Positions 1 to 12,200 of a DNA stretch of 64,000 nucleotides are shown here, piece by piece; position 1 is the first letter of the stretch; each line of letters starts with the position of its first letter. Below the pieces are notes generated by a model. The model was not told the origin of the DNA. It ran no database searches and saw only the letters and a list, made by a program, of their open reading frames with translations. This DNA comes from Catajapyx aquilonaris. Lineage: Eukaryota. The translations under genes were made by a program, and so were the position numbers. The DNA lies in NCBI GenBank assembly GCA_000934665.2, contig KZ538145.1, positions 1 to 64,000 on the forward strand, in the 5' to 3' direction.

Positions 1-652
1 GAAAATCTATACCTACGCCCGTGCGACACTACAGGTATACTTATCTCTTTCTCTGTGTCAGTTCGGGGTAGCTACAGGGGAAGTCCAGGTTTAGTACTGC
101 GGAGTGGAGGGCCGGGGTTGGGTTACTAGATATCCAGGGATAAGAGGCAGGCAAGGAGGTGGGTACCAAGGATGTGGGACAAGGTAAGGGGGAAAGGGAA
201 GCAAAGATGGGTACCACATGTACGGACATGGTGCAACATATCCGGAGGTGGGATGGGAGGGACTGCAATACCACCACACAGTCCCGCAAGGGCATTGGGC
301 CCATACAGTCCCATGACTGCAGACCCACATTGCCGCCCACATCTGCTGGCAAATGTTACACTCTGTCTGAGGCCTAGTATCCATATCTCTTGATATTTCT
401 TCTCCTCTAGTCCTCTTCTCCTCTCCTTTTTAGTCCTTCCTTCCAAGTTCCAATCTTGCCCACCAGACGACCTTCTCGTCACAACCCTGACATCTAGCGT
501 CACAAATTATAAGCTTTCTTTAGCTAAGTTAACCTACCCGGTAATTTTGAATTCCCCTTTCAATTTTCTGGACAAATTCCTGGTCCCTCGAGTACACCAT
601 TACTTGTTCGGAGCCTCGTTACAGACATAATTAGCTTTAATATCCGATTATA

Positions 653-1047
653 CAGGGTGTATACGAATTAATCTGGCAAAATGATACGGGCGGTAGGGGG
701 TACGTATGGAAGAGTCAAGGCAGTCCGAAAGACCGGCGACGCTGTACGTCTTGGAGATGTTGCACTTTAACGTACACGATGTCTATCCTTACAGGTATGG
801 ATGCCTCCGTGTATTCCTGCATTGCTGATTGCCGGAGTCAGGCGCTCGCACTCCCAAATCACGTTTTAGACAGTTGCTCAACTGCCTGACTCCAGCAACC
901 AGCGATGCAGCATTCAGGCATGTACGGGGATATCCTTACTTGTCAGGATACACATCGTTGACGTCGACGTCGTCGCCGGCCTTCCCATGCCCTACTTCTT
1001 CCATATGCCCCCCGTATCATTTGGCAGGTGAATTCGCATATATCCTG
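653..1047. mobile_element. Tc1/mariner-type foldback MITE (~395 bp, almost wholly palindromic, diverged)
   Basis: The left end TA|CAGGGTGTATACGAATT matches the right end AATTCGCATATATCCTG|TA. The arms stay alignable (GAAGA..GCCGGCGACG, ACGATGT.TATCCT, GGAGTCAGGC/GCCTGACTCC) to a centre near 860. TA TSD. Confidence 0.8.
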
Positions 1048-4035
1048 TATAACATATCCCTGTTCGGAGACTGTACCTTCGACACATTCTGTATTGAGAA
1101 ATATGTCATGTAACAATGTCATTATTCCACGACGTGTGAAGCGTATAGGTAAAGGCGATTTGAACATAAAAATGTAACTGGTACGTCCAATCTCCCTGCT
1201 GCATTGGGACAGAAAAAGCAAGATGCTGCTGCAACGTTAACTTTCGTTAACTGCAAGTTTGTAGAAAATAAGCCTCATTTTGAGAAACAAGTTGATTTTT
1301 CCACTGTGGTCACTTCATTCGTGTTGACCGTATCGGGAATATTTGAAAATGCGATATTTGAAAATTCGTACTCAACAATGAAAATAATGCTAGAAAATCT
1401 GGTAGGGAGGTTGTAATTGGGTTGTAATTCACGCGCGCAGGGAAAAGCAATACGCGCACAGATTTCCCTACGCAATTCATGGCTGACACTCTTATGTGTT
1501 TTGGTGCAAGTATCATATAACTCTATAACAGGTTCAACTGGAACTGGGACGGTTTTCAACATATGCATTCACTACACTGTCGATGCAAGTGCATCAAATC
1601 ATACAGTAGAAAATGCATATTTTTCGGGAAATGCTTCCACTGTGCGTATCGCATACATTTTCCCAGTATTTTCTATGCGCCATTGCTCATTACCATATGT
1701 GCATGCAATTTATCACAACTAGTTACGCGCTTATTTGACCAAGGTACAAATTCGGAGTAATAACTTCTGAAAAATGAAAGGTCTTATTTCTCAAATATAT
1801 GTATATATTATGTAGAGTACATATACATACGTGTTTACAATTGTTGGTTTTTTAGAGCATGGGGATTGAGATTGCACTATGATCAAATATTCGCCCATTT
1901 CTACAGCACTAACATCTCGCCGTCTGGACAAATAAATCCCGTCAAGGGTCGTGATGAAACAATAGTACTTATGTATGTGCGCCGATATAGGGTTAGAGCA
2001 TGCAATGAGGATAATGACTGTCTGAAATGACATGCAGGCCAACCTCACAAAATTCATGACATCTAACCTGACCTCAACCTTCCTGCGCAGACATCGAATA
2101 TTAAGTTCTTGCACCACATGCTGTCGCTTGCTTTATACATGAGACATATCTAGACAAACACACAAAAATAATCCTACTGTGTTGAGACACAGGTACAAAG
2201 CGTCGGCAAAGAACATTTCATACATACTGAAAAAATAATAGCATTTGTAAGGACAGCCTCCAGCTGTTTTCCCTTTGCGACGGCATCACCATGTATATCC
2301 AAGCCTCCAGTATAGTAGTGTATTCCAGAAATAAATCTGCGGACAAAGTCCTGCTCCTGTACAACGCAGATTCCTGGCGTGTTGAATTATGGAAACATTC
2401 TCGAAGGACGAGGCTGGATTTGGTCAACACGCATGCAGGCTGCACCATTGTTCTGACCGCGAAACTATTTTTATGGAGCTCGTTGCTTACATCGGATCTT
2501 TACACCAGCATCGGGATATAGGATAGTGTAACACTGTAACTAGATACCGTACCTACGTAGTATGTACCCCAATACCCTCTCGTAGTTCAGTGTACCTCTG
2601 CAACAACTTTTGGAGTGCAATTTTATCTGCAGTACTTTGTTCGCAACTGGTCGTAAAAATCTCTTCATTTTGGTGTAATAAAAGATGCAAAGGGAAATCG
2701 TAACCATTCTTACGTATGCTAATGATGCAGCACTTAATGCCGAGAGGGGAAATTATGACCAGTGTATACTACACTCTAATGATCCCCTCAAAAAATTGCA
2801 GCACTATTCGCACACAAAAAATAATCAGCAACATGGCAGGCATGAGATCAAACAATCGCGCAGCCAGCTGTGATCTAGCCATAAAAACAACATGAATTTC
2901 CTCCGCCTTACAACCTACGTGTTATGATTTCGTGCCAAAATGGATGGCTAAGCACTAACAACCTATTAGAAGTGTGTCCCTCACTGCACCGTGCAGCTAT
3001 ACACAAAATGACACGCCGCAATCCCTTCAGATCAAAAGGGGGATAATCGTCCAGCAATATTGTTCACCTGCTTGACCCTGTTAGGAACGATTTATGACCA
3101 GATACCATTTTTGCCTTGCGCTGAGTGACAACATGATAGACTACGCCCTCTATACCCAGCTTTTTTCTCTCCTTTTGTCCTATGCAGCTACTTCGTGGCG
3201 ACGTATTGATGCCACAGAAATGACACATACTGACGTCACCAACAGACAATGGGAAGTGTGAATGCACGCAATATGACAAGTCCTACTGCAGTCACCCTCT
3301 TTTCCGGCTATTCAGATTCAACTATACCCCTGCCTGTTTCCACCACAAAAATGGGAATAACTAGGCAGCCGGGCCACCCCCATGCTACTTAAAATTCGCA
3401 GATCGAAGGAGGTACGATTTAAGTTCGTGCTCCGAATCTACATGCTTCGTCAAGTATCAGCACTGAGGCTGACGTGACACAGGGAGCCAATATTGTATGG
3501 GAGGGGACGCCTGTTTCTATAATATACGCATCTCCAGCTGGTTCCAAAAGGTAATAACGTCTCATGCAATTTTGGAAGGGGAAAAAAAGGTTACTCTACA
3601 TGCTGGTGTCCCAAATCTAAAACATTTTTAATGAATTCGGCCTGGAGTAGGGGGTGGAGGTGATAGGGGGAGGGTGGGATGAATTTCCCCCCACCTTTTC
3701 TTTGGGTAGCTTTGCATAGTTAGTGCCAGGGAGGGCGCTTGCGGACATCTGCAGCCTCCATTTCCACCCTCTCTCTCACCCTCGCTCGTTCCAACGACAG
3801 TCCTACAAAATGCCACTTGTTCACCTACGTATACTCAGGAGACCTAGTTCTTTTTCTGTCCTATACGCCTCCTTTTCACCTTATTTCCTTTTTGGACTCA
3901 AGTGCAGCCCGCACCTTCCTAATGTGCAGCTAACCATACACTGTCATGTGCATAAGTATTTCATGCGCAAATCGCCAGACAGTACCGTCACTGCTCCAAT
4001 AGCAGAAAGAGGTTCATCTCAATGTAGAGTGCAAC

Positions 4036-4069
4036 ACTTACCTAGAAGGAAGAAAAAAGGGGTTTAGTA
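4036..4069 (-). other. Candidate recursive splice site (ratchet point), junction 4042|4041
   Basis: The minus strand reads TACTAAACCCCTTTTTTCTTCCTTCTAG|GTAAGT. It has a branch-like TACTAA, 18 consecutive pyrimidines and TAG, immediately followed by a perfect donor. It is on the same strand as the CELF exon. Confidence 0.7.
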
Positions 4070-7000
4070 TACAGTCACATTTCATGCAGAGAACTAAATT
4101 ATGATGAATATCAGTTCATGACATGCCATTGCGACTATGACATCTTCTGTATGAAATATCTTCTCATAAGAAAATGCTACCATCTACACACACAAAACTG
4201 AATGCATCACCACACCCAATGTGTTGTGGGTGACAAATTCGACTGTTATCACAATATTTTTCAACAAATCCCATGGTATGCGATGTCTGGTGTGATACGT
4301 GCATTTTGAGCATCCCTACCATATACACCACGCAGCAGGCACAAAACCTGAAAGTATGGTAGTGTATTCTCAGAAAGCGTAGGAGCGTCAAGAGGGACTT
4401 TTAGAGTCCGTAAGCCCAAGAGTCCTCCTCCTACCCCTCCCCCGAAAAAAAAAGAGGAGCGGAATGCCCGTTTTGCCAGTGTAAATTCCCACAGCCATGG
4501 TCCTAATCGGCTTCCGAGACGAGGCACCAAAAGTGTTTCCCTTCTTTTCGCAGCAGCAGAAGAAGAGGTAGGTAGGCAGGTCGGGGCAGGGAGGGTCCAT
4601 GCCTGCTGCTTTTCGTCCCGGAACGATCTTCATAAGATGGCATGAGGATACATTAGCGTCGGATCCAATGGGCCCTCTGACTTACACCTATTACCGTTCC
4701 GCCTGCTCCACTTCTTAAATTACCCAAAAGGATTGCCCTTCTTCCTGCTCCTACCGGGTCTAGCTTTTTGGCTACAGATAGGCTCCCTATATATCCCCCG
4801 GATTGTGAAATTGGAAAAGCGCTAGTCGCTCGGCCAGTCGCTGGCGGCAGCCGGGGAAATCATCACTAGGCTGGGGGAAGGTGGGGGACATGGGTTGGAG
4901 GGAAAGGGGGGGAGGCCGGAATTAATCGCTGGTAATCACCGCGCTTATTGCACAAAGTTGAGAAAATCCCTGCCTCCCCATGTTAGGGCCATTTGGAGAG
5001 TGGCCGCGGGGGGCCAGACACCACCGCTGATGGGAATACTAGCGGGACGATAGACTGCATTGTTAAGCAGGTTTGGATAATAACCGGCGCACGACTTGCA
5101 ATACTTCATTCACATGGGGGAGGGAGGGGGACGCTCAACGAGGGAGGGATTCAATGCAGCTTGGCCCCCAGGCACTCGCCACAATCACTATGTGTATGTC
5201 GTTCGTGAACTGCACATTAAAGCCCCTGTCTTCCCCAATATCACATATTCGGATTAAATATTCGCTCTAAAAATGAGCGCCTGCATACTTTGATACGAGG
5301 GGAGGGTGTCCACCTATGTGCCCATACAAATAAATTGATGCGATTATCTCAGTAATGGTGCCGGATAATTTCATCTTAGAATTCGTCCGATTTGGCACCA
5401 CATTTCCACAAGCCACGAATAGTAATGCAGCAACTGAGGGTTGGAGGGCGCCTTGAGACAGCCCTTGAACAGCTTTTTCTCCGCGTGTCTGCTGTCAGAT
5501 GAATAAGGAGGGGGGTCGCCGCCGCAACACTATTTGGACCTTCCGCGCATAAAGAATGGCGACACCGCCATCATTCTTCCCCACGCAATTTCTCACAATT
5601 TGTCGCACAAAATATGTATGGGACAAGGTCGGATCCCTAGGTATGGCCCCTTTGCCCTATTCATTTTTGTTATGGATTCCAAACAGGGTGATTCGATCGG
5701 GTGGGCTAGCAGAATACACACAAGTCAAGCCCCGCCCTCATCACACAAAGGGTGTTTATGTAACACGGTAAGTGTGTTCCTTCAGGGCAGGTCACTTTGA
5801 TGGATCGATCTCGCCTGATAAGCCGACTGCTCAGCATATGGGCACATTTGTATATCCTAACCCCTAGACACCTGAAGGGCACTCTAATCAAGATATGGCG
5901 AGTCGTCAACCGGTGTTTCTGTGCACATGTATGAGACTTGGCGGTTGGGATGTCTGTCCATCATTCGCGGGTCAGCAAGCGGCAGAGTGAGGCCTGTGAA
6001 GCGAGTCCATTCGCATGGAAATCCTCAAATAAAACAGATCCTTGCGGCTCTAGCAGCCTTCACCTCGCAGCTGCCGGCCTCAAAATTTATCGGACTAGCG
6101 GGTGGGACGGGGGAGGGAGCGGGGAGGGTCTCGACCGCGCCTGACAAAAGGCCACCCACATTCCAGGACTTTTTGCCAGCCGAATACCTAAGCTTTGCTC
6201 CGCTCTGCTTCACGGACAACACGGGGATAACAGCCTTTATTCTATTTGGCAGCAACCCCCCGCGCCCCCTTCACTGGCACCGCAAATAATCCTGCTGCTC
6301 CTGCTGCTAACTCCTCTCTTTACAACTACCCACAAACGTTTCATCGCTTCGCACCTCTCAGGATTTTCAACCTCTACATCTGATCACACATAAAAGAGCA
6401 TCTCGTTGTAGACCACGTCTCTGGTATTTCTACAAAGGGGGGCGGCTAGCCGGCTACTTAAAATACTGTCACAAAGCATGTTTCATCACTACGATGGCAC
6501 CTCACTTTTAGTTCATACGGGCTGGACCAAAAATGGCGGCATCCACACGGATAAGCCTACTCATGCGCATACCTAATGGAAATCGCCGCGGTTACAGTAC
6601 CGATAAAAATAATGATGGCGATGACAGCTTGAGTTGGGAGTAACAAAGTTTTCCTCAGTATATATTTGCTCCAGCAAAAGTCCGTCGGAGTAAAAAACCT
6701 GTGGGTGGAGGCGGGTGGGGGGGTGGAATCAATCGGCCCTCGTCGAGCTCGTTACAGCGTGGCCCTGCCGGTGTCATACTTAATCAAGTGCGCTTAATAG
6801 CCGGCAGTAAATCGCGATTACCCAGAGACCTGCGCCGCCGTTACTGCCTACGAAACAGTGTCGCTTAGTTCCAGCGCCAAGCATAAAAGTTCTCCCCTAG
6901 TCGCGCTTTTTTTTTTTTATCCTGCTGCGTTCTTATGACAACTCAAACTTTATTCGCGAATTGCAGTTGGTGCGGGAAAATTAAAGTCTTCGGGCTTGGG

Positions 7001-8021
7001 GATCGGACCTATAGGTTTAAAAAAAAATAAAAAAGCAGGTGTGAGAAGGAGGCAGCGACGAAGACTTGGGTTGCAGCAGCTCAGAGCTCGCCTTTTTATG
7101 TGAGCCGAGAGAGGAATAAGCAGAGAAAGAATTCTTCCGAGAAGATCTGAAAATCCGTCCCTAAGGGATGCGAAACGAGGCTGGCTGGATAGCTCGCTTG
7201 CATGCAGCTAGACCAGACCGGACTAAAATAGGGTTAGGCTAGACTAGTGCTAGACTGTCGTAGAATGGACGTCAACCTGCACTTTTCCCGCGCACCTTAG
7301 GCCCTACCTATATATTCTACCCCCGAGCCGCCTGCCCCTGGAGACATATATGTTACACAAGACATGAATTTTGTTTTTAAAAATTTCATAGCTGTAAATG
7401 TTCATAAAATTTTTGAAATAGCCAACGCACACTTACTAAACAATGTTGTATTACGACAGCGCAATTTTATTTTCGTTCATACAACTGACGCATGTCTTCA
7501 CTGATTTAGTCGGTTCCAGGCTTTCGTTTCATGCTAGTTTGAAATTGAGTATAGTAGACGCTCTGTGGGTTCAACCCATAATAGCAGTCGGCAATCGAAA
7601 ACGGCTGAAGTTATAAGACTTTCTTTTGAGGATCTCATACGTTAGTTTGCCTGACAGCCTCGACTTCTTATTCAACAGCCACTTTTCCCTCTAATGAGTC
7701 AGATTTCATCAGAAAGTGATTCTATTCCGCAGTTGCCGGGCATTGGGAAAGTGGAAAGCGTTTCTTGGAGAGGGAAAGGTTGGTCCCAAACCCAAAGTCT
7801 CCTTTTCGCCTTCTAGGTACCAAAGTTAGGGGCGGGAATAATCAAAGTGGCATCCAGAAGGCCATTTCCCTGCCTGCTTTTTTTTTTCTTTCTTTCCACC
7901 CTTCTTTCCCTGTGTCGGCGGCGGCAAACCAAGCCAACAATCCAGCCAACCCCCCCTTGCAAATCACAGTCCTGGCATCATTTGCATGATTCGATTCCTT
8001 CTCCCCTCCAAACCCCCCCCC

Positions 8022-8055
8022 NNNNNNNNNNNNNNNNNNNNNNNNNNNNNNNNNN
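8022..8055. other. Assembly gap between poly-C and poly-G tracts
   Basis: A run of N is flanked by a C tract on the left and a G tract on the right. Confidence 0.95.
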
Positions 8056-9248
8056 GGGGGGGGAACCTGCCTTGCCTCTTTCCTTTCCTTTCCTTCCTTC
8101 CCATTTGGGCGGCAAATCCCAACGCCATGTGGCGCCATGCTCAAATGCTCCCTCCTTCTCCTCCTTTCCCTATCTCCCCAAACCATAGTAGATCCCCGCA
8201 GCAGCCTTTCCCTTCCCCGCTTTATTCTCTCGCACCTCTCTAAGCCGCACAACTTCTCCGCCAATCCCACTCGCCAATTTCATTGCCAAAGGCTCACTCT
8301 GCAGAATGTGGGGGTTTTGGGTTGGATTCAAGCCGTTTCAAATCCTACCTACATGTCACATTTGTTTTGTCACAACCTGTGCGGTATGTCATTATGTCGA
8401 TACTCCGGGGGGGGGNGGGGGGGAGGAGGATAAAAATCGAGTGAGGGTTAAGAGGTAGGTCATCATTAATCTGGCGTGTTACACGCGTTTTGTGCTCGCG
8501 TAGTCGAGAAAATGCATATTTGATCACAGCAGGGCAACTAAAAATGCCTCGTACCTGTGTAACTTAATTTGATTCGTTCCCCGTAAACAGGTTGTTTTCT
8601 GCATCGATGGTCAGTTTTATTTATTAAATTATTTACGGGTCCTTGAGGCTCAATCGAAGCCAGCGTTACGCTAAACATAGGTATATACACGTTATTAAAT
8701 GAGGCCACAGTTGAGGGCACTGATGGAGTGATTATCCCTCATTACAAAATCATAATTATCAGCGAAGGTCACTCGAACTCAGGCACAAGTGGGGGGGGGG
8801 GGGGNGGGGGGGGAGTCCAAACTAATAGGGGGCGCATGCGCACAATTCGGTTCCGGAAGAAGCTTTTTGGCCACCTCCTAACCGGATGATTGGATGGTCA
8901 ATCGAGTCGAGGTGACATGGCCGCCTCCTGCTAACGGCCCCATAAGCCATCCAAGTCAACTGGTGTAAGATAGGAAATGTCCAAGCCTAGCTTGCACGTA
9001 GGAGCAACCCGTGTCAAAAGGGCCATTTCATACAGCCAGTACGCAGCAATGATGTTTCCGCAGCAGGTCGTCGGGTGGCGTCCATTGCATACATACAATA
9101 CAAGGTCTGATAAGTGGATTCGGGTGAAGGAACAAGGCGGAAATTGGATCCTGTATCGCGTTAGGGCCCAGGGAAGAAGGACGAGGGGACTTTGTAGCGC
9201 TCCCAAAGCACTTTTCCTGCGACTCACTATCTGGGGGGGGGGGGGGGG

Positions 9249-9294
9249 NNNNNNNNNNNNNNNNNNNNNNNNNNNNNNNNNNNNNNNNNNNNNN
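9249..9294. other. Assembly gap within a poly-G tract
   Basis: A run of N is flanked by G homopolymers. Confidence 0.95.
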
Positions 9295-12200
9295 GGGGGC
9301 TAGGCTTCAACTACTCGGGGCCTCTGCTGCTGTATCTGCAACTCTGGAGCACACTCCCATAGGAGCCAGACACTCCTCGCTTCTTCCCAAATCAAATCCT
9401 CCGACACTCACTCACTCAGCCAAAACCCATGGAAAAGTTTCCCCTCCATTGCACATGTCCACCTTCCCATCATTATTAGCAGCATCTGCTCGATTCGCAT
9501 GCAGGCGACGCTGTTTTGCAACTTTTTTTTTTTTCGGAAGGATTGGACCAGCCTACAGGACTCAAAATGAACTTTTTGGAGGGGTGGTAGAATAGGACAG
9601 GAAAAAAAAGTGCTACCTCTCACCTTCTCACCTGTCAATTACCGGACTTTCAGTTGGGTGGCCAACCATTCATCATCTAGTAATAAGCAGGACGGGAAGT
9701 TGGCGACTGGCAGCAACCAATTTATAATTCTGCCTGCTTGTACTGTACAGCAACTATCCCTACNCCCCCCCCGGAAAAGAATAGTGCAAAGCAGGCGAAA
9801 GTCCTGCAGACTCCGTCCTTGTCACGACCAGTAGATGGGAAAGTTGGTGAATCTAAATCTAATTTCTTGTTCCAATACATATCAGGTGACGTATACACTG
9901 ACGTCGCATCCTAATCGGCTTTGAGGGTATCAGTCACCTTTCATAACAACGATACACTTGGCATGTCCCTGGTTGTATAAGTTCGGGGTCCTGAAATAGA
10001 CAAGGGCATTGGGCCTTGCGTCACTGTCAGCCAAAACCCAATTCATGACGCACCGACGGAAGATAATGAGTTAGAAGCAGGTACGAAGCTGGTGCTGCAT
10101 CCCATCAGCGCAGCCACCCACCGCTGGCAAATTATTTACCACAGGCAAATCTGCCGGCGTGAAAGTGGATGGACTGGGGATGGATGCAGATGGTCTGGAC
10201 CAACCCACATCAGCTTTGCAGTGACGAGGCAATTTCAAACCCCCCCTCCCCCCTCCCCCCTATACTTATTACATCTCTAGCACTGTGCTTTTAACTCCCG
10301 TTCGGATTAGCCGCACAAGCCGCATGTATGTAATCTTCTTGCCAAGAGGCCTGCCCGACACTTGTTGTGGCTGAACTCATTCCATGGACCACTTTCAGGT
10401 TTTTGGTCCCCCGAGGGAAAGGGTTAAAAAAGTGAGAAAGTTGCTTTCATATCAACAGGCAATCGTGTGTTTTACAGCCACCAGACTTACAGACGTTGAA
10501 TCATTATTACGACCACAACCGGACTCTTACTCAAAGTCTCATAAAATGCGCATCTGGACCCTTTCCCGGAAAGACGTGATATATGTGTAAACATATTGAA
10601 TTCAAACCTCCAACTACATCAATCTTTTCCTGCTTTCTGGCTGCCATAATGTCTTCTGATGGCCGGTAGTCCATGCGTACCACCGCATATACCAAATCTG
10701 TCGTGTTTAATTACAGCTTTTAGAACAAACTTGCACGCCAGTTGATTCTTGACATCCTTCTTTCTGACTCGGCTCAGTCTGGAGAGCAGCGGTCCATAGT
10801 CAAAATCCTGCTGCACATGCATTTATAACCTTGTTGGAAGTGACTTGAACCATGAATCCAGCAAATGGAGAAATCGCGTCTTCTTATCAGTCACGCGTGC
10901 AAGCCCACCCCCAAGCCCAGCCCCATTCCACAAAAAAAAAACATGCATGCATGCATCCTTGCATCCGTCCATCCATGGATCCAGCAGCCCAACATCTAGC
11001 TCAGTAGCTCTACACATTTCCCCGGAGAGATTATCCGTTTCAAGTGACTTGCTCAAATCCCACGTCCAAACGAGCGCATTTCGCGCTAAATTAGCCGCGC
11101 TCGCGCATCATTTTTATAACCCGGACCACGCCTTAGGCCCAACCGAACTAACTGCAAAGTGCGCTAATACGGACCCTGGGCCAACTTGCGCCCTGGGCCA
11201 CAACCAGGCGCCACTTGGCCGGAAATCATCCGATATTCTAGCACGCCCAATTGACGCTGGATAACTACACGATCGCAATTTTTGACGGAACTGTGCTGCG
11301 TTCACGAAACACAACAATGCTGGATTCAGTTTCCATATAAATAAATAAAAAATTGGGTCGAGGATGGCCAAACTACCCTCATAATGGCCAAATTTATGGG
11401 CCCGGAAACTACAGTTTTGACGCTGAGTTATTGCACTTGTGGCTAGGTTCGGGTAAGGAACGGCCTAATTAAGGGTGGATGCTCCGTCTTGAAACCAGCA
11501 TAACGATCAGTCCGGATTAGTGATGGATTGTAAACGCCTGCCTGATTGGCCTTTACAGAATAACAGCGCAAAAGCACGGCAATGTGATGACAGTAGGTCT
11601 GGCAGCAAACCTGTTTAGGTACATCGTACATGACTGCCAGCCCTGAAGCCCACCCACGTGACCAGGGCCCCATCATTCTGTCCACGTCCCTTCCTACCCA
11701 AACATTTATGTTACCGTAGGCCTAGAGGCAATTAATCGCGCGACTCAATTCGCATTACCCACCCCACCCACCCACCCATGCACCCATACCCCATTCCGCA
11801 AGTGGAGGCTGCAGGCTAAGCAGGTGCACACGTGTGCTGGAAACCCTGCATGCTATATATTCACTCGAATTTCACTATGCTAGTAGGTACCAAATTACTC
11901 CTAATATTGTAAATTATAAAATAATTATAATTAAAATGTTAATAGAAATGGGGCTTGCATGCAAATGTTTCATTCCGCATAAAGATTAACCCACTTCCAG
12001 GACAGCGGGTTACTGAACAGTACACGATGATAATGAACAAAAGGATTCCGTCCTGACCCGCAAAATTCCTCAAATATCGGCCCAGCCAGCAGGTTTCGAG
12101 CCGATGCTTTAAACCCGGTGCAAAAACAAATTCGATAGCATTAAATCTATTCCCTTTCGCTAACTTGTCGGTCAGTAGGCCTACTAATTTAATCAAGGTC

